NCBI GenBank assembly: GCA_017654855.1
Contig: CM030336.1
Span: forward strand, 2,542,001 to 2,606,000
Source: Podospora anserina
Lineage: Eukaryota
Direction: 5' to 3'
Length of the DNA: 64,000 bases
Positions within the stretch are counted from its first letter, which is position 1. Every line of letters starts with the position of its first letter. Positions 12,881 through 26,245 of this stretch are shown in pieces. The translations under genes were made by a program, and so were the position numbers. A model generated the notes under the pieces. The model saw only the letters and a program-made list of their open reading frames with translations, searched no databases and had not been told where the DNA came from.

Positions 12881-13764
12881 AAGAGTTGAATGTTTTCTGC
12901 CCAGCCAAAGAGATTATGCAAATTGGGCGCAGGGGGCAGCTTGCTCCTTCCTTTACAGCAAGGGAAGGCACCTTAGGAAGGCACGCGTGGTCTGGTGCTA
13001 GTGTACCGAAAGCTAGAGGCCTCAAAAGATTTCAGTCCCCCGCCGTTAAGGCAGCCGTCCGGTGAGAAAGGAGGAACCCACCCACCTTCAGTACTTTGCA
13101 TATTCGAGCCCTTTTGGGATCTGCTGTCTCGGACAGGTAGGAGAACCATTACCTTGGTAAAGCTGGCTTCTTAACTGACTGGCATCATGGATCATGTACT
13201 TCAGCGTGGTCTCTGACACTCGACGGGTCTTACATGCTCTCGATGATTCAGGGCCTTAGCCCTGTCCCAAATTAACCATGCGAGAGCATTGCACCAACTT
13301 CTGCCGACTTTATTTCCTCAAGGATTGCGACACAAGTGACAGCCACGTACCTCATGGATGAGAGCGGGCTAAATCGACCCCTGTCGACCTTTGAGAACAG
13401 TTCGTGGCTAACATCCTACCATCATCGCCGCTGCGCATTCAGTCACTACCCCTTCTAGGTTGAGATATCTTAGGCTTTCATCCCGGGCAGTAAATCCAGG
13501 AAGCTTAGGATTCATTCACGTTCTTCAGCAGGTCGTCTGTGCGCCCGAGATGTGGTGGTGGTGCGAGTGTCAGTGCCCTCGCACAGAACGTTACCTCACT
13601 CAGGGGTAATCTTTGACATTGACGTCACCTCTAGACGACTTTTCAATGTCCCCAACTGTGATCATTCACTGTCAGCTAATCTGATACACTCTGACTCGTG
13701 GTTTGAGGGCATCTGACTATACCATCAACATCAGTAAACATACCCCTGACCTCGACAGGCCAAA

Positions 13765-14901
13765 ATGTGCTACGCCCACGACCTCAACCCTACCCCTCAA
13801 GACATGGGCTCAACCCCATCACCTTCAACATCCTTCGGCTACCCTACCTCACCGCCATCCCTCCTCGTCAACACCCCATCCAGCCTTCAACAACCTGTAC
13901 CGCCCCATCACATCTCCCCCTTGTTACCTAGGTAGTCACTAACCCCCACCTAGTCCAACCTAACAACCCCCTACCGCCCCCCCTCCGCCTACCCAGGCCT
14001 AATCCCCACACCCCCAGTCGACATCCCCCTCTGCTCCATCTTCCTCTTCCTCCTCCTCCTCCCCATCCCCCTCAACCTAACCCTCCACCACCTCTCTCTC
14101 TACCGCCACCGCCACCCCGGCATCTCCACCCGCCCCCTCATCCCAATCCTCCTCTCCGTCTTCTGCCTCCTCCGGATCCTAGCCCTCTCCTTAAGAATAG
14201 CCTGGTCCGTCCATCCCTCCAACCTCCGCCTCGAAATTGCCGCCGTGGTCCTCTCCATGGCCGGTATCATCCTCCTCTATATCGCCAACCTAATCATAAC
14301 CCGTCGCTGGGTGCGCGATTACGCCATTTTCGGTTATCGCACCCTGGTCAAGGGTTTTTTCCGGTTCTGGGCAGCGGTTGTTATTATTTGTCTCGTCATG
14401 GCGGTGGTGGTGAGCGTTAATTGTTATTTTACTCACGATGGGGTTATACTTCGGGAATGTAGGAACGTGCTTCTTGTTGCGGTTGCGGTGTTGACTTTTG
14501 TAGCTTTTATACCTGTTTTGACGGTCGGGGTGGTGATGGTGGGGGATTTTGAGGATCATGAGGTGATTGATGGGGAGTACTCCCGTTTTAGGTCGAGGAG
14601 TGGGTTGCTTGCGGTGACGGCATTGTTGTTGACGTTGGAGGCGGGGTTTAGGTTGGGGGTGATGTTTGATTCGAGGCCGTGGGGGGAGGAGAGGTGGTAT
14701 CATTCGAGGGCGGCGTATTATTGCTTGGGGTATGTGCTTGAGGTGGTGGTGGTTTGGTTGTTGACTGGGGGGAGGGTTTGGGGCGGGTTTAGGACGGGGG
14801 AGGTGTATAAGGGGCATTGGCCGGGGGGTGGGAGGCCGAGGGTGGAGAGGTGGGCTGAGTGGGTTAATACTGAGGGGGAGGTTTATGGGGAGAGGGGGTA
14901 G
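13765..14901 (+). CDS. Multi-pass membrane protein, DUF3112/RTA1-like
   Basis: ...VDIPLCSIF...FCLLRILALSLRIAW...AGIILLYIANL...W.HSRAAYY..GYVLE; about 7 hydrophobic segments; probable intron ~13897-13953. Confidence 0.7.
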
Positions 14902-14999
14902 GAAGAGGGGGGGTAGATCGCTTTTGTTGATAGGTACTGTTGGAAAAAGGAATTTTGTTGATCGGATTCATGGAATGAGTGTGATCGATTTGTCTATTC

Positions 15000-15482
15000 T
15001 CAAAGATCCTCCGGTCCATTCAACCCAAACGTCTCAAACACCTTGAGATAATGATGTCTTGGGTCCTCAGAGAGAGGATACCACCCCTTATTACTCATAT
15101 CCAACACCATCCCCTGCACCGAGGCGAGTATTAACTCGATGATATCAAAACAATCGTTCCGCCAGTCTTTGTATGCCTTGCTGGAGGGATCGTTGTTGGG
15201 AGGCGGCACCCCGTCATGAGTCAAATAATGACCGAGTCGATGCCGAGAGAGAGAGGCACGAAGACACAGATTCCAGCGGCGAAGGATGCTGTTGGTTGTT
15301 ACATTGTCCTTGAAGTAGGCGTAGTCGAGGGCGATTTGAGGAAGGGCGACGTAGAATCGCTTTGGTGGGATGTAATCCGCTTCGCTTTTCTTCGTCTGAG
15401 AAGAGCCTTCGTATCTGATGTTTGGATTGTTGCTGGCGGTGGAGTTGGAGGTCATCTTGGGAATGTTGAGGGAGAGGGACAT
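15000..15482 (-). CDS. Hypothetical protein resembling a Copia-type gag N-terminal domain
   Basis: Pattern W...LRA.L.RH.L..YL...VPPP......Y..W..D....ELIL.SV; non-RIP'd composition. Confidence 0.5.
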   Translation of the reverse strand: MSLSLNIPKMTSNSTASNNPNIRYEGSSQTKKSEADYIPPKRFYVALPQIALDYAYFKDNVTTNSILRRWNLCLRASLSRHRLGHYLTHDGVPPPNNDPSSKAYKDWRNDCFDIIELILASVQGMVLDMSNKGWYPLSEDPRHHYLKVFETFGLNGPEDL

Positions 15483-16315
15483 GCTGATAGGTGTTAGCGG
15501 TTGACTTGCAGAGAATGAAGGGCAGGAAGCATACACTTCAAATGAAAAAGTTACAAGCAATCAAAATCGTGGAAAACGGTTTGACGGAACCGCACCTTTG
15601 GCATTATGGGCTGAAAAGCAGACCACGCAATGTTTTGCGACCTCCCACTCAACTGGGCTTCAAAAGCTTGGTACAACAGAGGACAAAGCAACAGGTCTCT
15701 TTTGTGGCTATTATGTAACCGTTCGTCTGATGTGTCCATAAGTGAAAAGGGCCGCTCAGACGCAATTCTTTGTTCATGGATCACTGAAGTCAGGGTTCGG
15801 GATACAAGAGGCCGGCTGTCACCTCCTACAACAATGAATCTCGTGTTGGCATCGTGTCTCAGTCATGGTTGGAAGATGAATTTGAGAAGGAAGCAGGGGA
15901 AAAAAAGCACCAAAATATGTGCCTGATTGACCCTCCCTCAGAGGAACTATCCCCCGATCCCACCAGACTATGTGACCATCCCACAGATGTGTACGCCCTG
16001 TCGGTGGCCGTAGGCACGCTCATGTATGTAGCTAATATTGCATGGACGATGATCACGCTCCGGGAGTCGAACCCAGAACGCGTTGAATCAGTGGTGGCAG
16101 CTTGAGCATGCTCTCAAGTCCCAACCACTGGGCCAATCAAAGCATATACTCACTCCGATTTATGAAATGTGGTCCTTGCTCGGCGCCTATAAGGCAAGGA
16201 AGTTGTTCCCTCCTTGTCACATGGTCAATAGAGTGTTTAGATGATCGAGTCTGTCTTTTTATTTCGACTTTGTATTGCTCCGATCGGTATCACATTCTGC
16301 TTCGTTTACTTTTCC

Positions 16316-18566
16316 TCAGTTACCCTTTCCCTTGCCCTTGCCCTTTCCCTTGCCACCCTTGACCGCGTCGGCCGTCTCCAACACAGCAACACTCAAGCCC
16401 GGCAGGGTGAAGGTGAACTTGCCGCCCTTTCCGGCCTTGATGAAGGTGGTCTTCTCCTTGACAACATTGATACCAGTGAAGGGGTCGTTGTATCCATACG
16501 GATCCTCCGGCCCAGTAAGCACCGTCAAGTTGGCAACCGCTCCCTCGTTGAGACCATCAAACTTCAACGACACCGGGATCGATTCAGTCGAGTTGTAGAC
16601 GGCAGCCTTGAAGATACCGGTGCCACTCTCGCTCTTTCCGGCAACGTAGAACAGAGGGTCAAAGTTGGGCTTGCCGGCCGGGGCATCGACCGGGAGCGTC
16701 TCACGGATGATGTGGTGGGCGAGGATTCTCCAGACATACCAACTGGTCGAGCGAGTGGTGAGGGCCGGGTCGGCGGCATGCTGCACCCAGGTCATGCTCC
16801 ATTGCCAGCGGTCCAAGCTGCGAAGACCAGGCGCGTAAGTAGCACCGATGATCTTGTCACCGTTTCTCTCAGTGCTGATCAAGAAGATAGCCTCAGCAAC
16901 ACTGCCGCCCCACCAAGGCAAGGGCATGAGATCTCCCTCCCAAGCGATACCACCGTTAGGATGCGTCGACGCAGCCTCGCCGATGAGCGTCACGTTATCC
17001 TTGCTCAAGTTATCGAACTTGGCGAATCGCTCAACGAACTCATCGGGAGTCAGGTACGGGTGGTGATCACCGGCAGCACCCGCGGGGATTGTCATGTTGT
17101 CGAAGATGGAGGGCGAGGCGATGATCTTGATGTCGGGGTACTTCTCGTTGAAGGCCTTCATCATCATGGGGAAGCGGTAGTTGATGTACGACTCGAAGCC
17201 AGCAGGGCGTCCGGCAAGCCAATCCTCGTTACCGATCTCAACCCACTTGACCTTCCAAGGCTTGGGGTGACCAAGCTTCGCGCGGACGGCACCCCATTTG
17301 GTGGTCTTAGCATCGCCAGTGAGGAACTCGATTTCGTCGAGAGCCTGTTGGATGACCCATCCCATCTCGGATTCGGGAACGAACGAGCCATCGAGGGCAA
17401 GACCAGCGAAGACACCGACAACTGTGGATACGTTAGCAAGAGAAGTCACTCCAGAAAATGGGATCACATACTGGGCTCCAAGTTCATGTCATCGGCCCAC
17501 TCCATGTACTCGACCAGACCCAAGCCAAGGGTTTGCTGGTACTCCCAGACACCAGCCATGCCCGGGCGATCCTTCAGAGGGCCAATGGTCTCGTACCACT
17601 TCCACCAAGTGTCCAAGGTGTTACCCTCGAGCATGTTGCCACCGGGGAAGCGCAAGAAGGTCTGTCAAGCGTTAACAAAGGCTCTACTTTTCTGACTAGA
17701 GAGGACTTACCGGCTTGAGCTCAACCATCGTCTGCGCAAGATCAATTCTCAGCCCATTCTTCCTTCCCTTGAATGTCGGAGGGAACAAGCTGATCAAGTT
17801 GAGATCCAAAGATCCGTCCTTTGCGCCCTGCACCACATCATGTCAACCCAACTTCTATCTCAGCCAATATCAAAGAAGCACATACCTCGGCATCCCACTG
17901 CACAACAAAGGTGTTGTTGCTGTTGGGCGCATCCTTGAAAGGCACCAACTCAAACTCCTTCTCGGTCCACTTCCCCTTCTTACTCCCACCCTTCACCACC
18001 TTCTTGCCAAAGGTCTCCCCGGTAATCGCGCTGCGCAAGCTAACCTCAAAGTCACCCTTGTACTCACCAGTAACGTGGAAGCTACCAGTGTACTTCTGCC
18101 TCTTGACATCCATACCCCAAAACCCAGCATTGGCCAAGCCAACCTTCTTCCCCTTGGTGTCCTTGCCCTTGCCCTTGCCCTCCTTGGGGTTGGCAACATT
18201 GACGGAGTAAGGCAACGCAGAGGAAAGGGGCTTGGCAAGCTTCTGAAGGGTAAGGGTAGCGCCACCGACGGGGCTCCAGTTGTCGAGGTTGGAGGGGAAC
18301 TTCTCACTCCCTTGGAACGCGCGGTTGGAGATTAGCTCGGCGTAGATGCCGCCGTCGCCGGAGTTGTTGATATCCTGTTTGCAGTCTCCATGTCAGCAGT
18401 GCGCAAAAACAAAAGGGAGATCTCGCAAAACACATACCTCGTGCATAAGACCATACATGATATCAGTCGTCTTATTCCCCCCCGAAGACTTGACAAACAA
18501 ATCAATAGCCACACATTGCGTCGACAGCGCCAACAACGCCGCGAGGGCTGGCTTGAGGTGGATCAT
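16316..18566 (-). CDS. abf51A: Secreted GH51 alpha-L-arabinofuranosidase (multi-exon)
   Basis: Signal peptide [51 protein letters not shown] and LIGEAA motifs; GT-AG introns. Confidence 0.93.
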
Positions 18567-19575
18567 CCTGCCGGTTTTACTTTGCACCACCACCAAGAAA
18601 TGGTAATAAGCGCAAAAGCAGAATTGACACTGACAAGAGTGAAGAGGAAGAAGAAGAAGCCATGAGTTCTCGGAGGTCGGTCAACGACGATGGTTTTAAG
18701 CATCCCCTTCTTCCCCTCACACACCGAGAAATCCATCGAGTTACAACAACCGCGGCCTTGCCACCCGATGATCCGCCAGACCGTGATCTAAACAAAACAT
18801 GCTGAATCCAGGTTCCCGGGATGCTTCAATATAGGCAAATATCTGGCGGGTGGGTATTTGGGTTGATGTGGTGGGTTGATCTTGGGAGGCGTTTGGTAGA
18901 AGCGCTCCAATGCTGTGGTGGGTAAGGTTTGTGGGTGGCTGTTTTGGTGCGACGCTACGCAGGGGGGCGACGGGTATTTAGAAAGATCGTGGGAATAGCT
19001 CTTCGCCGTTGGGTGATGTGGTTGCAGTTGAGGGTGCCAATGCCGAACCGAACCGATCACCAAGCCGGGGACTCGGGAGCGGGGGAGGATGAGCCATTGC
19101 CGGGAGATCGAGACAACCAAGGTAAAGAGCGGAGAAAGGTTCTGGGGATTGTGCAGTCGGTGGAGAATGCAGTGACATACCGAGCGGCGAATACCGTCAA
19201 CATCCATTCCACGTTACATTGCTGTTCTAGCATGCGCACCAATAGAAAGGTCACACCTAGGCTCCATCTGAGTCAAACTTTGTTCGGAAAATATGAAAGT
19301 AAAGTTATACAAAAGTCTTGAGCATAGCTCCAAATAGGGACGGCCGTCATCCTCATCCCATTAGCGGTACCTACTCTGATAATCCTCATGAGAGCATGGG
19401 AATGGATTCATGCATTTAGACTAGCTACGATGCACCTACCGACCTAGTTCCCCTGGATGATGTAGGGTAATTTGAGGATATATGATGGATCTGACGGGCC
19501 CGTTTTCTGGTAAAGGTTCACCTTGTGTATCTTACGCGGATGTGTCAAAGTGTTAAACTTGAATACAAGTTGTTA

Positions 19576-22560
19576 TTAACCAAGGTACTCTTCCTGTTGT
19601 CCATCTTCTTCACCACAATACGGTCTCCCTTCATCATTTTCTTCAGAAAAGGCTTGAATCGTTGTCGGAAAATGAATCGTCGTCGGAAAATGAATCATCG
19701 TCGGAAAATGAATCGTCGTCGGAAAATGAATCGTCGTCGGAAAATGAATCTTCTTCAAAAAATTCCAGTTGATTGTGCAAGGTCTTTGACTGTCTGGACA
19801 CATCTTCAAGTGGCTCCCGACGATCCACATACTTTGTGGTCGACGAGTCCTTTCATCACTCCAACTCCAGGCAATGTCTTCAGCAATAAATTCTTTGACC
19901 AAATCCCTTCGCTTCCGACGTTCCAGGTTGTTTTGCATAGATTCCATCAGCTTATCAATTTCCATAAGATAGAATTTCGCGTCTTCAATCATAACTATGC
20001 GCTTGAGACTATGAGCCAGAGAATCTGTGTACGTGGAGTCGGTGGTGTCGAAGCAGTTATAATCCCGAGGAATATAGATAATGCGAGTTACCCGAAACTT
20101 CGTTTTCCGGAGCCTCCTGACAAAATCCTTTTCGGAGTCGGACAGATCATCTTGATGATAAAACGTACGGCGGGCGAGTGCGAGCAGGGTTGCAGTGTCG
20201 GTCTCGACGAAAAGCCCACCACCATGGATTGCGTCGACAATCTCTGCATATGCAATGGACGACCATCCATGAGAGCTGAACTCAAATATCCCTTTCATTT
20301 CATGTTGGTAGACAGGGCAGATAGTGAACCCTGTGCGCTTAGACAAATCGGCACCCAGATCCAAGAGCTTGTTGATCACGGGGGCTATGAGGCCTCGGAT
20401 ACAGTGTGTTACACTGGCGGCTAGCAACAGTCTTGCGGCTGCCTCTGTCGGACTGACGTGGAATGCTGCAGGTGTGTCGCCGTTTATCGTATAGCCGTTG
20501 TAGGAGAATGTCCGGAGGTTCGGGTTGATTTCTCGAGTTCGCAAAACCTCCAAGGTCATCTCCAAGCTCCCGATCACAACCTCTTTCAAATCACACTTGG
20601 GGTTGTGAAACAATGCCGCATCTTCCTCATCCGACTCGTCAAAGAGTCTTGGATCCATATCATTCACTATTTCGAAGAATTTGCCATCGATCCCAAAAAG
20701 GTCATCTGATAGGGCGGCCGTGAGCAGATAGGTGTTGTACTCCACAGAAACCTGCCCAGCTTCATCCAAAGTTCTTAACCTGTCGAGCAAAAAATCATGT
20801 GCGTATTCACTTGAGGCGACGCCGAGAATATCGATCCATGGCACCATGAGCCATGGGCTGGTGCGACTGGACGGCCATGCCTCAAGAATGCCCTCGGCAG
20901 CGGAAAGAATCCCCAACACTTGCACCCGAGAGATCCCGTACCTCCTCCAATTATGCTGAATCTCGCGGAAGAAGGAAGCAGGGTTGTCGCACATTGTCCG
21001 CACGTTACTGTGTTCGAGGGAACCTTCGGGAAACAGTAGTACAGCAACAAGCACAGCCTGTGTAATTTTGACAAGCCTTTGCACTTTGCTGAGACGATCA
21101 CACTGCAACAGCTTCTGTCCCTCTTCGGACCCCTCAAAGAAACTCTTTGGCCGATCGATGAATAAAGAGAACCCTGTTAAACAGGGGCGTGTTGGCGTTT
21201 TCTGTGACCTCCAGGAGCCCTACGCAACGGACTTCTATTCGGCGCGCAAGTTGATCCGATGTCTTCGTGAGAGTTCGCTCCAGGCCCTCGGTTTCTAACC
21301 TTCCATGGCAAAACTGATCCATGAGGCTCAAGTCAGTTGCCAAAAGCAATTCACCGATGGCTAATGGCTTGCGATTATCGATGAGCTGGCAGGCCAAAAC
21401 TGTGTTGAGATACATTGCAGCATCTCGTCGATACAGAGGCTCGTCATCCCCAAGTCGCTTCCACATCGCCGCATATAGATCTTTCAAATCTCTCGGCAAA
21501 GCTCTCAGGCGCTTGCCTAGTTCCCAAACACTGTCGCCTTGGGCTAAACCATTTCTTAGCGACTGAAGGGCCAGTGCAACCCACAAAAACACTCCATCAG
21601 CCATCTCACAAATACTTTTCAGGAGTGGTGTTTGGTCAGAGCCAGCAAGCTGCTTGAAACGTGTGTCCAAGACACTGGAGGCATATTTCCAAATGTCTCA
21701 CTGTGTGAGTTCGTGAATTTTGAACATTGGCGCATGGGATAGACCGCTTTTTAGAAGGGGTTCAGGACGACTTGCGACGCATATTTTGACATTGTTTAGA
21801 GTTTGGAGCTCCTTAACGAGGTTCAGAAGTCGCCGTTGTCCTTCTGATAGACCGGCATCGATCTCGTCAAGCCCGTCCAAAAATATACAGACGTCGGTGC
21901 CCAGATGCTCTAGAGCGAATTTGAGAACCTTCTTGAGCTCCTTCTCGTTCCAGTCAGGAGCCTCCCCTTTCTTGACCGTCCAGGGATATTGGGTGCTGAT
22001 TCTGGTGGTCATCTCGGCAACGGAGTCGAGCAATTGATGGAGCAACGAACACAAAACTCCCTTGATCCTTCTCTCCATGGGTTGACCAGCAGTCCAGATG
22101 AAGTGCTCAGGATGACAGTCTGTTTCCCCGCCGCATTGACAAGTCGTATAGTTCTGGGATTATTGGCGACATACTTCATAAGAGTACTTTTGCCGGAGCC
22201 TGGCTTCCCGCATATCCAGAAAAGAGGCTCGTCAGTCGACTGCAGCCACGACAGGAACTGAATTGAAGCCTCCTGACGTCTTGCAGCGTCTCCGAGAAGC
22301 TTATGAATATCTTCATGTTCCTCGTCTATTCTGCTCTCGTCCGGTTCGTTGCTATCCTCATCGTCGTCGTCGTCGTCGTTGTCGTCGTCGCTATCATCGT
22401 CGTTTTCAGAATGCCCAAATATCCATCTTAAGGTGTTGGCAGCGGGCGTTCTGATCTGTTGCGCCGTTCGTTCAGGCTGCCGTACTTGACACTCTTCAAA
22501 AGCCTACGGTGCTTGGCTTCATCGAATATGGCGGTTTTCAGATTCGTCACCCCGGTCGTA
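19576..22560 (-). pseudogene. NACHT-domain NLR-like pseudogene lacking its N-terminal domain
   Basis: P-loop FWICGKPGSGKSTLMK (~22200), Walker B CIFLDGLDE, ADGVFLWV and FIHRSA. In-frame TGA at 21698; frameshifts near 22450 and 21134. Confidence 0.85.
19656..19763. repeat. 18-bp coding minisatellite GAATCGTCGTCGGAAAAT x~6
   Basis: Seen directly; reads (IHFPTT)n or (SFSDDD)n on the minus strand. Confidence 0.9.
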
Positions 22561-22889
22561 ACGTGAGTGAGAATATATCGGAGGGATGGGTCGAGAAGAC
22601 ACACAACAGGCGGGTGGGACCTTCCAGAAATAGCGTTTAAGATGTATGAAGATGCATGCGTCCATTGGAACGAATGAACAAATCATGTGAAGGAGATATC
22701 CTATTACCTAGTTGAGTGGACTGTCTGTCAAGCCCGTGTCTGCTGGCTGCCTCGAGAGCAGGTCGTCACTGTTCCACAAAGTTGGCCCAACTGAAGTGCC
22801 TATTCTGTATGCTGCCGTAAAAAGGACCGCACATTTTATGGTTGATATGGAGGGTTTCCAGTCTTGAGACTACCGATGGCGGATGACTA

Positions 22890-25800
22890 TCATACAGCCA
22901 ACCCAACCGGCACCCCACCCAATCCCTCCCCAACCCCAGGCGAATCCAGCATCAACTTCCCGGGCAACTCGAACCTCTGTTCTTTCACAGGCTTCCACTC
23001 CTTCTTCCTCCCAACCCCCCTTCCCAAGCCAGGTGCCGGCAAAATAGGTGTAACGGGCGACATAATCCCCTTTCCCACCCAGCCACTCCTCCTTCTTTCC
23101 TTCCTCCCTTTCCCCAACCTCTGCTCCTCCTCCTTCACCCTCAAAGCAGCAGCAGACAACCCCCCCAACTTCCTCAACACCCTCTCAAGCCTAAACCTAG
23201 CTCCATAAACAGGACTCATCAATCCTTTTGTCTTGGTCCCTGCCTTTGTATGCAAAGTGATAATCTCATCTGCATCATGAGTCCCGAGAAGTGAAGTCCA
23301 TCGTTTCCATAGGCGGAACTTCTTCGCGGAGAGGGCAAGGAAGAGCTCATTTTGAGGTAGGAAATAGCGGAAGTGTTGTGGTGACAACAGATGGAAGATA
23401 AGGTTGGAGACGGCGTATTGAAGGAAGGGGTAGGATGACGTGATTAGCTGGCGTTGGTTGGCAGTCGTCGAGAGGGGCCGCAGCGGAATGTTGAGGCTGA
23501 GAAAAGGGGCTGACTTGACGTTCGGGCTTGGTTTGGGATTTTGACTTAGACTCTCAAAGTCACGCATATTGAGGTAGGTCAGACAAGCTCGGAGGAAGGA
23601 GTAATGTGAGATATTGAGGAAGTCGGTCGTGGTTAGGTTGGCCGGGATGGTACTGTTGCCAGACGTGAGGCAAGTCAAGCCTCGGCCCGAGAGGAAGAAA
23701 GAGCGGACGGAGCAGTGCCGTGCCTGTACTCGTTGAAGGCCAAGAGAGTCGTTTCCATCCGACTTGACTTCAAGGAGACCAATGGAGCGGGTTCGTACCC
23801 ATCTGTGGAATTGACAGGGTGTGTCGGATGTTATCAGAGAATTCCGAAGTTGCCGGAGGTCCCGCGTCGAAAATGGGGCCCCGACATCGAGAGCCATCAA
23901 CGGCCCGAGACGCTTATAGTGCTCGAACTGGTTTGGGTCGGTGAGTCTGATTGCAATGAAGAGATCATTCAGACGCATCGGCTCGGAGGCAAGTATTACC
24001 CACTGAAAGAGGATCAATGCCTCAGCCCTTTCTTTCTCGTTCAGGGTGCTTAACATCCACTCATACAGCCCGTGCAAATCACCAGGAACCTCTTGCAGGG
24101 TGCACTCGATGAGCTCCTGAGTAGCGCCTTCTAGAATAGCCGCATTGACGATATTAACCACAATCTCAGCCCATAAAAAGACGCCTCCTGCTTTTCGACC
24201 AATCATCATGACTGTACGGTTGCGTTCCTCCCATTCTGCCATCAAGTTGAGACTGACAAAACGAAGGATATCGTCGGTGTTTCGGATGTGCATTGGGATG
24301 CCGATGGTATTATAAAGCTCGGTTTCGGGGTGGTAAGCACTGGTGACGCATATGCTGAAGTTGGAGTTATGTGCGAGACGGGACAGACGACTGATCACCT
24401 CTCCGACATACATCGACCCAGCCTCATCCGGTATCTCGACGAGGATGAAGGTTCGTCTTGTGGGGGTCTTGATTGGTTGGTCGATGTAAAAATCGGAAAA
24501 GAATGACAGAACTTGGGCGTCGTCGAAGGCCTCCGGGTCAGCTCGAGGTTGCCTGTAGAGTTCGAGTAATGCCGTCCGAAGACGCGGGTCCTGCAGAAAT
24601 AGCTGTCCCAAAAGACTACGACAGACACTCGCTGGGATGCTTGTATGGTGTGCTGTAATGCCGATAATGGATGCTCCAGCAGGGCCCCACTGTCGTCCAA
24701 GCCTCCTGCGTAGAGACGTGAGAAGGATGTTCTTGCCACACCCAGATTCGCCTCGTATCCAGAAGACCTTGTTCTTGTTTGGGCCACTTCGGTTGTGCCA
24801 TGTCTGAAAGTCGTACAGATCGTATAGCCAAAGGCAGGTTCCAGGATAGGATGCGGCCGGGAGGGTCTCGGCGTGAAAAATTGGGGGTGGAACGAGTGCC
24901 GCCAGGCAGTCGGTTTCTTCGCTATTTAGGACATGACGCTCCTTCAGGTTAGCTGGCAATAACTTGACATCAATCTGGAGGTGACTTACTCTTTCCTCTT
25001 CGTCCCGAACAAACTCAGCCAAGCAAGTTATCAAAGCTTGGTATCCCACATCTTCCATCGACCAAAACTTAGCAACGTCGTTATGCAAAGCCCCGATCGT
25101 TGTTGCCTTTTCTCGAGGGTCTCCGATGAAGCTTGCAAGTCGATGTACGGTCTGTGTGCATTTTTCAGGTCTCTGTCCTTCTTCGCCGGGAATTGGCGGT
25201 CACTTACTGCGGCAGCCCGCTCATCAGCATCTGCAAAGCTTGGAATAACAGACTCCTGGAATGTCTTGACCCTGAAGTTGAACTCGTTCCATTGCCTGAT
25301 AAACGATTGTCGTCCAAGCTCAATCTCAGCGCTGCTGCCACCACAAAGCTGTGGCAAAACAAGATCGTCCGGGTCAACAGAGAGGGTCACACTGCCCATA
25401 CTTGTCACAGCGTCTCCAAGTGATGCATGTTCCGTGGCGCGGTGAGGGCTAGCGAGGAAAACCACGGCGGATGTCGAGAAAAGGACATCTTTCAGAGGTC
25501 CGTCGCGTTCGATGTCGGCAAGGCGAAGGATCTACAGGAGTTAGCCAATAAAACATGACAAGCCAGAGAGACCCTTACTTCTTTTAGGATGATACCGCCA
25601 GTGGAATGAGCAACGAAGACAAGAGGACGCGCTTGCGCCCCAAACGCTGCCCGCGCAGTAGCCAGTTCAAACAAAAACTCGCTGGCATGCGCAAATATGT
25701 CGCCTTGTAGCCGGAGGGGCTTCTTGTCCACAACCAGGGTGTGGTAGCCCCACGTAAATATCCTGGCGTTTGGGCAGGATTGCGGTAAAAAGTCCAACGG

Positions 25801-26245
25801 CCAGAACACGTCGTTCCTTGGGGCCTCGTTAAGCTGATCCGCAAAGTCGGCAAGACGTAATCGGGAAGATGACTTGAACGAGGCTTTTCTCAGCAAAGTT
25901 CGCGATCTGCTAACAAAGCCTTCCTCTTTGGCAAGTAACGGCTCCGAGTTCGTTCGCCTGAGTTGCGCTGTAGGAGGCGGCTTTCTCAGTCTCTTCCCTC
26001 GTGTTGATGAGGGATGTGTTGGCGTGATGGGTGTTGGCGTTTGCCCTTCGTCAAAGCACTTCCATGACCTGACAGGATGGCCGCCCATGCCATGGACCAA
26101 GATAATACTGCGCATGATGATCAGACAGTGCTCTCATTCAGCCGAAAGGGTGGTCTACTCACTCAACGGCTGAATCGATTGGTCCGTCAGGCTCATATAG
26201 CAGCGTAAGCCCAACTGACTTGATCTGGTCTTCTTGGATCTTCAT
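22890..26245 (-). CDS. NLR-like protein: N-terminal SesB-like a/b-hydrolase plus degenerate NACHT, no C-terminal repeats
   Basis: Spliced MKIQEDQIKSVGLTLLYEP...D|IILVHGMGGHP, WPLDFLP, AHSTGG, FWIRGESGCGKN and AGGVFLWA; three GT-AG introns restore a continuous frame. Confidence 0.85.

Noticed and set aside
16241-17695. 484-aa + strand ORF
   Set aside because: Antisense shadow of the codon-biased GH51 gene.
19656-19763. (IHFPTT)n as an amyloid signalling motif
   Set aside because: Pro-containing, C-terminal on an NLR, and the reading frame is uncertain; unlike known N-terminal HET-s/PP/sigma motifs.
19525-20424. 299-aa + strand ORF with (MNRRRK)n
   Set aside because: Antisense to the NACHT gene; the repeat comes from the 18-bp minisatellite.
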